Source of the DNA: a virus
Lineage: Duplodnaviria; Caudoviricetes
IMG/VR virus record: IMGVR_UViG_3300047290_000027
Coordinates: 1-36,126 of that record
Reading direction: 5' to 3' (one strand)
Length of the DNA: 36,126 bases
Shown here: positions 17,987-25,180 of the stretch, one piece after another
How the letters are laid out: every line of letters begins with the position of its first letter
Numbering within the stretch: position 1 is the stretch's first letter
Made by a program: the position numbers and the translations under genes
Notes under the pieces: model-generated
What the model was told of the DNA's origin: nothing
Database searches by the model: none
Seen by the model: the letters and a program-made list of their open reading frames with translations, nothing else

Positions 17987-18351
17987 CTATCTCCAAACAA
18001 TGCAGCCACCAGCGGGTCCCGCCGTGGCTTAAGCCTATGACCTCTTTCACGCGCCAAGCGGAAAGCCTTATCGTCCAATGTCTCACGCGCTCTGTGGCGG
18101 CGCAAACGCTCCATGGGTGTCAGCGGTGGCGGTCTGGCCGCATCAGTGCCGATGCCATAACGGTACACGGCCACCAGTATGCGGCCTGATCTAGACCATT
18201 CTTGAATGTGTACCGTGCCAGCCAGCCGCAGCCGCTTGATCATCTGCTGCGCTGAACGCTCGGTGCAGTACACCTTGGCCGCCAGCTCTGGCGCTGTGCA
18301 GCCGGTGCGCTGGAGAATGTCAATGACTCGCGGGAGCCTTGCTGAAATCAA
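17983..18351 (-). CDS. Winged-HTH-like DNA-binding protein
   Basis: TAPELAAKVYCTERSAQQMIKRL HTH pattern; basic C-terminus RRDPLVAALFG. Confidence 0.65.
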   Translation of the reverse strand: MISARLPRVIDILQRTGCTAPELAAKVYCTERSAQQMIKRLRLAGTVHIQEWSRSGRILVAVYRYGIGTDAARPPPLTPMERLRRHRARETLDDKAFRLARERGHRLKPRRDPLVAALFGDR

Positions 18352-19082
18352 GTGTTCTTCTCCTTAATCTTGGCTTGCAAGGCTTCCCCAAAGGCAAGCT
18401 GACCCTGCATCTGGTGACCACCGCGATGGTCTTTTAAGATTTCAAAATAAACATTCTCAATTTGTGTGCGAGTTAGGTTTACCCATGTGCGCTGTGGTAA
18501 GGTGATGTTGTTCTCGCCGATGTAGGCGATCAACGGGACTTTCTTACACTCTCGCCCAGTGACAAGATTTTCTTGCAAAGATTCAATGACGGCTTCAAAT
18601 CGTTCAATCTCAGACTCTCCAAACTCTAGTCCTTCAAGATTGTCCTCAATTCCAGCAAGTGTTAGTTCGCCAATGCAAATGTAGTCTGACAAGTCTTTTT
18701 TGGCGGCAGTCCATTGGGCAAAATGCAAAGTATCTGCCACAGACTTTTGCTCTGGCTGTGCCAAGGCTTCTTTGAAATTTGCTTTTGGTTCTTTCACTAG
18801 CAAAATTAAATTGTGTTTGCTGCCTTGATTTTCTTGCGCCAGCGTGACCGTGCCAAATAGACGGTTGCCGCTATCGTGTTCTTCTGTGCTGACATCAATC
18901 GACACCTCCATTCCCGTCACAAGCGCCGCAATATCTTGCTCTTGTGCCAAGGCTTCTTTGATGGCGGCAATTGCTTTGTGCATTTTTTCTGCTGATGCGT
19001 TGAACTCATCATTGTTTGTCCAATCAATAGACAGCTCTGTCTCCAGCGCATCAAGTGCCAGCTTTAATACTTCTTGTGTCAT
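18348..19082 (-). CDS. Mosaic accessory protein
   Basis: Start reassigned to ATG 19082; linker motifs LALDALE, KEALAQ(P)EQ x2, PQRTWVNLT, KIKEKNT. Confidence 0.75.
   Translation of the reverse strand: MTQEVLKLALDALETELSIDWTNNDEFNASAEKMHKAIAAIKEALAQEQDIAALVTGMEVSIDVSTEEHDSGNRLFGTVTLAQENQGSKHNLILLVKEPKANFKEALAQPEQKSVADTLHFAQWTAAKKDLSDYICIGELTLAGIEDNLEGLEFGESEIERFEAVIESLQENLVTGRECKKVPLIAYIGENNITLPQRTWVNLTRTQIENVYFEILKDHRGGHQMQGQLAFGEALQAKIKEKNT
18757..18961. repeat. 19-bp direct repeat TGTGCCAAGGCTTCTTTGA (18757-18775, 18943-18961)
   Basis: Read directly; encodes KEALAQ twice on minus strand. Confidence 0.9.
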
Positions 19083-19342
19083 GACTTTACCCCACAAACT
19101 TTTTCCATGTACGCCAAATAAAGCTGGTCAACAGTTTGAAACTCTCTGCTGTCGCCATCAAGAAACCAGCATCTTTTCTCGCTATGCCATTTCCCACTGC
19201 GCTTGTTTCGCTTAGTGTGTACTTCATGTTGAAGCCCATGCTTTTCATTGCGGTACATACGTTGTGCGCCGTGGTCAAATGTTATTCCTAATGTGTATCG
19301 GTATAAAAGTTCATCGAATTCTTCAAACGTCAGTTCAGTCAT
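19079..19342 (-). CDS. Hypothetical protein
   Basis: 87 aa, GAGGTG RBS, overlaps neighbours. Confidence 0.7.
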   Translation of the reverse strand: MTELTFEEFDELLYRYTLGITFDHGAQRMYRNEKHGLQHEVHTKRNKRSGKWHSEKRCWFLDGDSREFQTVDQLYLAYMEKVCGVKS

Positions 19343-19577
19343 ACTTGTTCACCTCTGATTGTTTTTTGCCGTAATTGGCTTCCCAATCGTAATAAGCAAG
19401 CCAGTGTGCGCCGCACTTATTGCATCGAGTTTTAAATCTAGGTGAACCCCAATCAACTGTCACATCTTTATGATTACACTTCCATTCTAGGTACATACCT
19501 ATATAAATAATGGGCAATGTAATAAGCCCCGCCCCACCAAAAACTAAAATAACTAATTGGTTAAGATTTTCGTTCAT
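19335..19577 (-). CDS. TM-anchored protein with CxH/CxxC possible Zn ribbon
   Basis: LVILVFGGAGLITLPIIYIGMYL then CNH...RCNKCG; AGGAG RBS; AT-rich. Confidence 0.7.
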   Translation of the reverse strand: MNENLNQLVILVFGGAGLITLPIIYIGMYLEWKCNHKDVTVDWGSPRFKTRCNKCGAHWLAYYDWEANYGKKQSEVNKYD

Positions 19578-19771
19578 GTTTGTTCTCCTGTTCTGGCTCT
19601 AATTATTTTGGCGGCATCAATAACCTTGTCCCAACCCCAATATTCTTGTTCTTCCTCACACGCCTTTGCACAAGCTTCACGTTCAGCTTTGATTGCTGCA
19701 TCTACATCAGATTTTGTCCACAGATTAAATCTCGCTCTAATCCATGCGTTGAATTCGGCTTGTGTCATCAC
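19574..19771 (-). CDS. Hypothetical accessory protein (EREACAK motif)
   Basis: AEREACAKACE...IRAR-GEQ C-terminus; GTG start overlapping upstream stop. Confidence 0.7.
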   Translation of the reverse strand: MMTQAEFNAWIRARFNLWTKSDVDAAIKAEREACAKACEEEQEYWGWDKVIDAAKIIRARTGEQT

Positions 19772-19983
19772 GCCACCTTTTTGTATTTGCCGGACCAGAC
19801 GTAATGGCCGCGTGGCTGCGCGGCACCCATATTACGAAAGAACGTCAGCATGGACTTGTACGGCACGCTGAAACGCTCGGCTATCTCTTTCTTGGTCAGT
19901 CCATTAGAGAGCAGCAGCATGGCTCTGCGGCCATTGATGTCAGGTAGTTTGCGTCCTGAGTTAGGGCGTGATCCACCTTTCAT
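19768..19983 (-). CDS. Small basic HTH-like DNA-binding protein
   Basis: GGSRPNSGRK N-terminus, GLTKKEIAERFSVPYKSM HTH pattern. Confidence 0.65.
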   Translation of the reverse strand: MKGGSRPNSGRKLPDINGRRAMLLLSNGLTKKEIAERFSVPYKSMLTFFRNMGAAQPRGHYVWSGKYKKVA

Positions 19984-20093
19984 TACTTCACCTCAGTCTC
20001 ATCGAGTAGAAACTTGACCACGCACGCAAGCACGATCACCACCAGTGCAATGCCGAGCAGGCCGACCAGCACGAAATTCATCATTGTTTCCAT
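19983..20093 (-). CDS. 36-aa single-TM peptide (not in ORF track)
   Basis: METMMNFVLVGLLGIALVVIVLACVVKFLLDETEVK; GGAGG RBS; TAATG coupling to next gene. Confidence 0.7.
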   Translation of the reverse strand: METMMNFVLVGLLGIALVVIVLACVVKFLLDETEVK

Positions 20094-20157
20094 AGAAATC
20101 CTCCGAGTCGAAATAGAACAGCGCCAGCACCGCCAGCACCAGCAATATGATTTTCAC
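19999..20157 (-). CDS. 52-aa peptide with hydrophobic N-terminus (not in ORF track)
   Basis: GTG start in GTGA overlap; MKIILLVLAVLALFYFDSEDFYG...; overlaps the next ORF by 95 bp. Confidence 0.45.
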   Translation of the reverse strand: MKIILLVLAVLALFYFDSEDFYGNNDEFRAGRPARHCTGGDRACVRGQVSTR

Positions 20158-20423
20158 TTCTGAGCCGCCAGTAGTTCCATCTCCACTTCCTTGACGCGCT
20201 CGCGCAGGATGCTGATCTCTTGTTCCAAACCGGTGATCTTGCGCTGCATACGCTCACGGGTCATGTTCTCGGCGTGCGTCCAGCCAATGAACGTGCCGTC
20301 AGTCACAGCCTGGCGTGCAAGCGTCTTAAAGTCCTCGCGGGTGAGGAATCCACCGCCGATCTCCATAGGTGGCGTGAACTTGTTGACGGCTCGGTCAATC
20401 TCAATCTGCATCTTTTCAGACAT
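20154..20423 (-). CDS. Hypothetical protein with C-terminal coiled coil
   Basis: Start reassigned to ATG 20423 after AAGGAGA; MSEKMQIEID... Confidence 0.75.
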   Translation of the reverse strand: MSEKMQIEIDRAVNKFTPPMEIGGGFLTREDFKTLARQAVTDGTFIGWTHAENMTRERMQRKITGLEQEISILRERVKEVEMELLAAQK

Positions 20424-20670
20424 TTGTCTCTCCTTGTGGTTGTGTGTTGCTCCAGGCTTGCACCAGCAGTGCGGCGTTGTAAGGGATCGGTGTTGCGGTG
20501 GACACAAACAAGCCTTTGCCGCGCTGTTTGCGCCCCCATGCATCCATGGCATTGGCATTCTTCAATTCATTGCGTTTGACAGCGTTATAGACCGCGTGCT
20601 GCTTGTATCCGGCCTCCACCAATTCATCCATGGTGCGCGGTTCTTGGCAGAAGTCTTGTAACTCAGTCAT
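20416..20670 (-). CDS. Hypothetical protein (possible wHTH)
   Basis: Start reassigned to ATG 20670 (ATGA overlap); MTELQDFCQEPRTMDEL... Confidence 0.7.
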   Translation of the reverse strand: MTELQDFCQEPRTMDELVEAGYKQHAVYNAVKRNELKNANAMDAWGRKQRGKGLFVSTATPIPYNAALLVQAWSNTQPQGETNV

Positions 20671-20807
20671 GATGACCACCATGCTATGAGCAGTGCGGCC
20701 AAGCCAGTGCCGATGACAAGGCACAGCAAGTAGTCAGCGCAAGCCTCTGCGCGTTTGCCAAGCCTACGGTGGCAGGCATCAGTCATGGCGTGTTGGGTGT
20801 GGTTCAT
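20667..20807 (-). CDS. 46-aa C-terminal-TM peptide (not in ORF track)
   Basis: MNHTQHAMTDACHRRLGKRAEACADYLLCLVIGTGLAALLIAWWSS; TAAGGAG RBS. Confidence 0.7.
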   Translation of the reverse strand: MNHTQHAMTDACHRRLGKRAEACADYLLCLVIGTGLAALLIAWWSS

Positions 20808-20816
20808 AAGGACTCC

Positions 20817-20978
20817 TTAAAGTTTCCAATATTCGCCAACAGGCAAGCCGTTAGATCGAAGATACAACTCCAACCAAAGCTGATGAATCAGTGCCGCTTT
20901 TAAAAACTCTTCTTCCCACTCATACTTTTTAACTGCCTCGCGCAATTCGCCCATTTCGTTAAATGCTTGTTGGTTCAT
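20817..20978 (-). CDS. 53-aa hypothetical protein, first gene of leftward operon (not in ORF track)
   Basis: MNQQAFNEMGELREAVKKYEWEEEFLKAALIHQLWLELYLRSNGLPVGEYWKL. Confidence 0.65.
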   Translation of the reverse strand: MNQQAFNEMGELREAVKKYEWEEEFLKAALIHQLWLELYLRSNGLPVGEYWKL

Positions 20979-21009
20979 TTAAATGTCTCTCTTGTTTGTT
21001 GACAAATAA

Positions 21010-21037
21010 ATCATATCATTAATTGCTAACATATCAA
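21010..21037 (-). promoter_or_regulatory. Leftward sigma70-type promoter with extended -10
   Basis: Minus strand TTGATA-16 bp-TATGAT with TG at the extended position, ~30 bp upstream of ATG 20978. Confidence 0.55.
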
Positions 21038-21081
21038 ATACCTTACAAATTAGTCAACCATTAACCGATTACAATGTCCCT

Positions 21082-21140
21082 CGCTGGTTCATGCTTCCAG
21101 CAGTTGCCTTTGGGGATCGGTTCACGCGATCCCCTTTTTT
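21082..21140 (+). ncRNA. Candidate ~60-nt small RNA
   Basis: TACAAT -10 at 21070-21075 (no good -35), 5' hairpin GCTGG-TTCATGCTT-CCAGC, intrinsic terminator with no upstream + strand gene. Confidence 0.4.
21112..21140 (+). terminator. Rho-independent terminator
   Basis: GGGGATCG-GTTCACG-CGATCCCC-TTTTTT. Confidence 0.8.
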
Positions 21141-21150
21141 CGCTGTACAC

Positions 21151-21180
21151 TTGACGCTTTCCACAAAACATGGTTAACAT
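21151..21180 (+). promoter_or_regulatory. Rightward sigma70-type promoter (leaderless transcript)
   Basis: TTGACG-18 bp-TAACAT, ATG 8 bp downstream, no RBS. Confidence 0.55.
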
Positions 21181-21187
21181 CATACAC

Positions 21188-21424
21188 ATGAAAGTCTCAC
21201 AGCAAGCAATTCAGGACATCAAGCACAAGATCGAGTCAGCCGGTTACCGGATGTCCGATCTCTGCCGTGTCGCAGAAATCGACCAGGCGCAGCTATCGCG
21301 CTGGGTAAATGGTCAAACAGAACCACTTTACTCTACCGTAATCAGGTTGGAGCAGGCCGCAGACGCGCTCATCTCAGCGCGGCTACAGGTACTCAACAAG
21401 GCCATGGAGGATGCCGTCAAATGA
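21188..21424 (+). CDS. XRE/Cro-like HTH transcriptional regulator
   Basis: MSDLCRVAEIDQAQLSRWVNGQTEP HTH_XRE pattern; first gene of rightward early operon; start reassigned to 21188. Confidence 0.8.
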   Translation: MKVSQQAIQDIKHKIESAGYRMSDLCRVAEIDQAQLSRWVNGQTEPLYSTVIRLEQAADALISARLQVLNKAMEDAVK

Positions 21425-21891
21425 AGGTCACATTGGGTATTGACTGCGGCCTAAACGGCGCAATAGCGGTGCTGGTTGACGGCCAATTGTTGTCGGTACA
21501 CGATATGCCAACGCTGACGGTGGACATCAACAAGAAGACCAAGCGGCAAGTCTCACCGAACTTGTTGGCTATTTTGATCGAGTCTATTAAGCCAGACCAA
21601 GCCATTGTGGAGCGTCCCGCAGCGCGGCCAGGGCAGGGCGTGACGGCCATGTTTGGCTTTGGCCGCAGCCTCGGTGTGGTGGAAGGCGTGCTGGCCGGAC
21701 TCAGTGTGCCGGTGACCTATGTGGCACCAGCGACTTGGACGAAGGCCATGGGCAAGGCGGCCGGCAAGGACGCATCCCGTCAACGCGCCATCGAGTTATT
21801 TCCCGCCATGTCGGAATACTTCAAGCGCGTCAAGGATGAAGGCCGAGCCGAGGCAACGCTGATCGCAATGTGGGGTATCCGCAATGGCTGA
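21421..21891 (+). CDS. Phage RuvC-like Holliday junction resolvase
   Basis: LGIDCGLNGAIA, AIVE, F-FG-S-G, P--W-K, EGRAEA-LIA motifs. Confidence 0.8.
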   Translation: MKVTLGIDCGLNGAIAVLVDGQLLSVHDMPTLTVDINKKTKRQVSPNLLAILIESIKPDQAIVERPAARPGQGVTAMFGFGRSLGVVEGVLAGLSVPVTYVAPATWTKAMGKAAGKDASRQRAIELFPAMSEYFKRVKDEGRAEATLIAMWGIRNG

Positions 21892-22108
21892 CAAGGAACG
21901 ACAGATTATGCGTCAGCACATTGTCTGGCTGGCCGAGATGCTGGAAAAGCAGCGCAAAGCCAATCAGGACAAAGTCGTATTCTTGAAACGCTTGCTCGAT
22001 CCCGAGGACTTAGGCCACGCAACAAGTACTGAGGTGCGCCAGCTGGCGTATCAAATCATCATCAACGAACATCACTTAGAAAGAGATTCATGGCAACAAA
22101 GCAATTAA
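21884..22108 (+). CDS. Hypothetical protein
   Basis: 74 aa; FLKRLLDPEDLGHA---EVR motif; overlaps both neighbours. Confidence 0.7.
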   Translation: MADKERQIMRQHIVWLAEMLEKQRKANQDKVVFLKRLLDPEDLGHATSTEVRQLAYQIIINEHHLERDSWQQSN

Positions 22109-23202
22109 GACTCAGACCGTCAGCAGCGTCCCGCTGGATCGCCTGCCCAGCATCAGCAAAGATGTGCGAGCAAGTCCCGAAACGCCCATCCGGTGAGGCT
22201 GCCAACATTGGCACCGCCATCCACGCGCTGGCCGAAACCTGTTTCCAACTCGATACCGATCCGATGAAGTTTGTAGGGCAGACCATTGAAGGCATTGTCA
22301 TGACTGAGGAGAACTGCGACTATGCATTGCAGCACCTCAAAGCAATATGGGCGATTCAAGATGAACTTGGTATGGTCAAGGTGGAAGTGCCGGTTAAGCT
22401 GTTTGAGGACAAACAAGTACTGTTACAAGGTACTGCTGACGTTGTTGGTCATAACTTCACGAAAATGACAATTGCTGACCTGAAGACCGGCAAAGGCTGG
22501 GTGGACGCTGACACTGAACAGCTGAAAATTTATGCACTTGGTGCGCTTGCAACTTTTAATTTGATGGACATTGAAGAAATCGAATTTCAAATTATTCAGC
22601 CGCATCACGGTGAAAAGCGTATCCATATCATGACGGCGCAAGAGTTGATGGAATGGGAAGACAACGTACTAAGACCGGCGATGGAAGATGCCATCAGTGA
22701 CGCGCCATCTTACAAACCGTCAGAGTCAGCCTGTCAATGGTGCGATGCAAAAACGATCTGTCCAGCGCAGCAAAAGCAATTCGATATCGTGGCGGCGCAG
22801 CCAGACATCAGCGTCATGAAAAAGGAAGAGATCAAGGAAGTCATGCTGGCGCTGACACCAGCACAGATCAGCGACATTCTGGACAAAGCGCCGCTGGTAG
22901 AGAAATTCATAGCAGCGGTGCAGGAACACGCGCTGCAAGCCATGGAGAAGGACGGCATGGTAGTGCCAGGCTGGCAGTTGGCACCAAAGCGTGCATCCCG
23001 CAAATGGATTGATGGCAATGCTGCACGCGAACAATTGACATCAATAGGTTTGTCTGACAGCGACATCTTTGAAACAACCCTAATTACTCCTGCGGCAGCG
23101 GAAAAGCTACTGCCAAAGGAACAAAGAGTTATCTTGGACGAACTCACCGTCAAGGTATCAAGCGGACTCACACTTGCGAGAGATCGTAGTCTGAGTCAAT
23201 AA
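22090..23202 (+). CDS. PD-(D/E)XK Cas4-like exonuclease (DUF2800-like)
   Basis: PS-ASRWIACP-S, GTAIH, GTAD, IADLKTG, QLKIYALGA, CQWC-AK--CPA. Confidence 0.85.
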   Translation: MATKQLRLRPSAASRWIACPASAKMCEQVPKRPSGEAANIGTAIHALAETCFQLDTDPMKFVGQTIEGIVMTEENCDYALQHLKAIWAIQDELGMVKVEVPVKLFEDKQVLLQGTADVVGHNFTKMTIADLKTGKGWVDADTEQLKIYALGALATFNLMDIEEIEFQIIQPHHGEKRIHIMTAQELMEWEDNVLRPAMEDAISDAPSYKPSESACQWCDAKTICPAQQKQFDIVAAQPDISVMKKEEIKEVMLALTPAQISDILDKAPLVEKFIAAVQEHALQAMEKDGMVVPGWQLAPKRASRKWIDGNAAREQLTSIGLSDSDIFETTLITPAAAEKLLPKEQRVILDELTVKVSSGLTLARDRSLSQ

Positions 23203-23236
23203 TGCAATCCCTAAACTTCTGAAAGCGAAACGCAAA

Positions 23237-23833
23237 ATGCTAAATTTATCTTCTGGCGGCGGTAATGGAAACTACATCCGCTTTTCTCCCCAAGCCAATG
23301 CTTGGACAAATAACCTTGGCGAGGAAATCCAACTCGGTAAGGTTGTCTTTGACATCAATGCAGTGCAAACCGGTTGGCTGCAACTCGGTGTTGGTGTACG
23401 CGATTGGCAGCCCGATGTAAGCCTTGGCAAAAAAGGCCCACAACCGACACCCGACCACAAGCGCGGATTCATCATCCACTTCTACAACAAGGCGCTCGGC
23501 CTGTGCGAGTACTCGTCAAGTGGTGTAGGCCCAAATATGGGATTGGAAAAGCTGTACTTGGACTGCGCCGCGCAGCAGGCTGCCAATGCTGGAAAGCTGC
23601 CAGTGCTGGAGTACACCGGCTCTAAGCTGGAGAAGATCGGCAAAGGCACAACCCGCATACCGAACTTTAATATCGTGTCATGGATCGACCGTCCTGCTGG
23701 CATGAACGCTGAGGCTGCTCAGGAGGCTGCACCAGCGCCAGTAGCGCAAGCAAGGCCAGCGTTCATACCGCCAGCGCCAGCACCGGTGAAGACTGCGATG
23801 GCCGCAGCAGTAGCTGATGACGAGATGTTCTAA
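23237..23833 (+). CDS. Putative ssDNA-binding/recombination protein
   Basis: Follows exonuclease; beta-rich core, Ala/Pro linker, acidic-aromatic tail DDEMF. Confidence 0.55.
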   Translation: MLNLSSGGGNGNYIRFSPQANAWTNNLGEEIQLGKVVFDINAVQTGWLQLGVGVRDWQPDVSLGKKGPQPTPDHKRGFIIHFYNKALGLCEYSSSGVGPNMGLEKLYLDCAAQQAANAGKLPVLEYTGSKLEKIGKGTTRIPNFNIVSWIDRPAGMNAEAAQEAAPAPVAQARPAFIPPAPAPVKTAMAAAVADDEMF

Positions 23834-23849
23834 CTGATCGGCTTTAAGC

Positions 23850-23878
23850 ACCGCTGGGTAGCACCAGCGGTTTTTTTT
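23850..23878 (+). terminator. Rho-independent terminator
   Basis: ACCGCTGG-GTAGCA-CCAGCGGT followed by a T run. Confidence 0.8.
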
Positions 23879-23896
23879 CCTCTAAAAAAATACAAC

Positions 23897-25180
23897 ATGA
23901 AATATCTCTCACTTTGCAGTGGTATTGAGGCGGCAACAGTAGCATGGCATCCCCTTGGATGGGAGGCAGTAGCGTATTCAGAGATCGAGAAGTTCCCCTC
24001 ACAGGTGCTGGCGCACCACTACCCACAAACGCCAAACCTTGGCGACATGACGAAATTTAAGGAGTGGTCAATTGAATCAAATGTCGATCTTCTTGTCGGA
24101 GGAACTCCCTGCCAATCATTCTCAGTCGCTGGACTTAGAAAAGGATTGGATGACCCGCGTGGCAACCTCATGCTTACCTATCTTGCCATTGCTGACAAAT
24201 ATCGGCCCCGATGGTTGGTCTGGGAGAACGTCCCTGGCGTTCTGTCATCTAACGCCGGACAAGACTTTGGCACATTCCTCGGAGGGTTGGGGGAACTCGG
24301 GTATGGGTTCGCATACCGCGTTCTTGACGCTCAATACTTTGGAGTGGCACAGCGCCGCCGCCGTGTGTTCGTTGTCGGATACCTTGGAGACTGGCGAGTT
24401 GCCGCAGCGGTTCTTTTTGAGCGCCACAGCCTGCAAGGGCATCCTGCGCCGAGCAGAGAAAAGAGGCAAACAGTTACCTCCTACACTCCAAGCAGCATTG
24501 GAGGGTATAGCGAGGGTGTCGGAACTCTGAGGGCGCATGGCGGGGATATTGGTGGCGGTTCAGAAAATTTAATTGCCGCCCGCATGGTTGCTTTTGGTGA
24601 ATACGCAGTTGATGGAACAGCGTCAGCAATGAAAGCAAGGGATTACAAGGACGCAACTGATTTAGTAGCGCAACCAGTCTTTGAGATGCATGGCCAGGAC
24701 AGCAGAGTGCGTGACCTTGGCGAGACTTGCAGCACAGTCACAAGCAAGTGGGGTACAGGCGGTGGGAATGTGCCTGTGGCTTTGCAACCCATTGCATTCA
24801 GCGGTCAGATGTCAAACCCGCAGACAGATGTGGATATGACGCAAACCCTGCAAGCCAAGAATCCGATGGCGGTGGCAACGCATGACGTAGCTGGAACAAT
24901 GCTTTCCCGTAATACATCAGGCGGGTTTAGCAACAGCATTGACTATGCCTCGGCTGGATACATGGCACTGCAATCAATGGCAGTACGCCGACTCACGCCA
25001 AAGGAATGCGAGAGACTCCAAGGCTTTCCAGACAACTACACCGACATCCAATCAAAGGGCAAGCCAACGCCAGACGGTCCAAGATACAAAGCCTTGGGCA
25101 ATAGCATGGCAGTGCCTGTGATGGCGTGGATCGGACAACGCATACAAGAAGTAGAGGCAATATGCAAGCAGAACAAATAG
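23897..25180 (+). CDS. DNA (cytosine-5)-methyltransferase
   Basis: Motif I SLCSGIEA, IV GGTPCQSFS, VI WENVPG, VIII QRRRRVF, IX RRLTPKECERLQGFPD, X YKALGNS. Confidence 0.95.
   Translation: MKYLSLCSGIEAATVAWHPLGWEAVAYSEIEKFPSQVLAHHYPQTPNLGDMTKFKEWSIESNVDLLVGGTPCQSFSVAGLRKGLDDPRGNLMLTYLAIADKYRPRWLVWENVPGVLSSNAGQDFGTFLGGLGELGYGFAYRVLDAQYFGVAQRRRRVFVVGYLGDWRVAAAVLFERHSLQGHPAPSREKRQTVTSYTPSSIGGYSEGVGTLRAHGGDIGGGSENLIAARMVAFGEYAVDGTASAMKARDYKDATDLVAQPVFEMHGQDSRVRDLGETCSTVTSKWGTGGGNVPVALQPIAFSGQMSNPQTDVDMTQTLQAKNPMAVATHDVAGTMLSRNTSGGFSNSIDYASAGYMALQSMAVRRLTPKECERLQGFPDNYTDIQSKGKPTPDGPRYKALGNSMAVPVMAWIGQRIQEVEAICKQNK
24072..24530 (+). CDS. Nested +1-frame ORF in MTase gene (beta-subunit-like)
   Basis: TAAGGAG 7 nt before TTG start; C-terminal SLSDTLE---PQRFFLSATACKGILRRAEKRGKQLP--L--AL. 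Confidence 0.65.
   Translation: MNQMSIFLSEELPANHSQSLDLEKDWMTRVATSCLPILPLLTNIGPDGWSGRTSLAFCHLTPDKTLAHSSEGWGNSGMGSHTAFLTLNTLEWHSAAAVCSLSDTLETGELPQRFFLSATACKGILRRAEKRGKQLPPTLQAALEGIARVSEL

Noticed and set aside
20999-21030. Rightward promoter from perfect TTGACA at 20999
   Set aside because: No acceptable -10 at 16-18 bp spacing; more likely part of the small palindrome.
21631-21638. KOPS motif GGGCAGGG pointing toward the dif-like site
   Set aside because: Only one copy noticed, inside coding sequence; one copy in 36 kb is expected by chance.
22090-23202. CRISPR-associated Cas4
   Set aside because: It sits in a RuvC/SSB/primase replication-recombination context with no cas1 or array.
23897-25180. 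Restriction-modification system
   Set aside because: No cognate endonuclease is adjacent; orphan phage MTase is the simpler reading.
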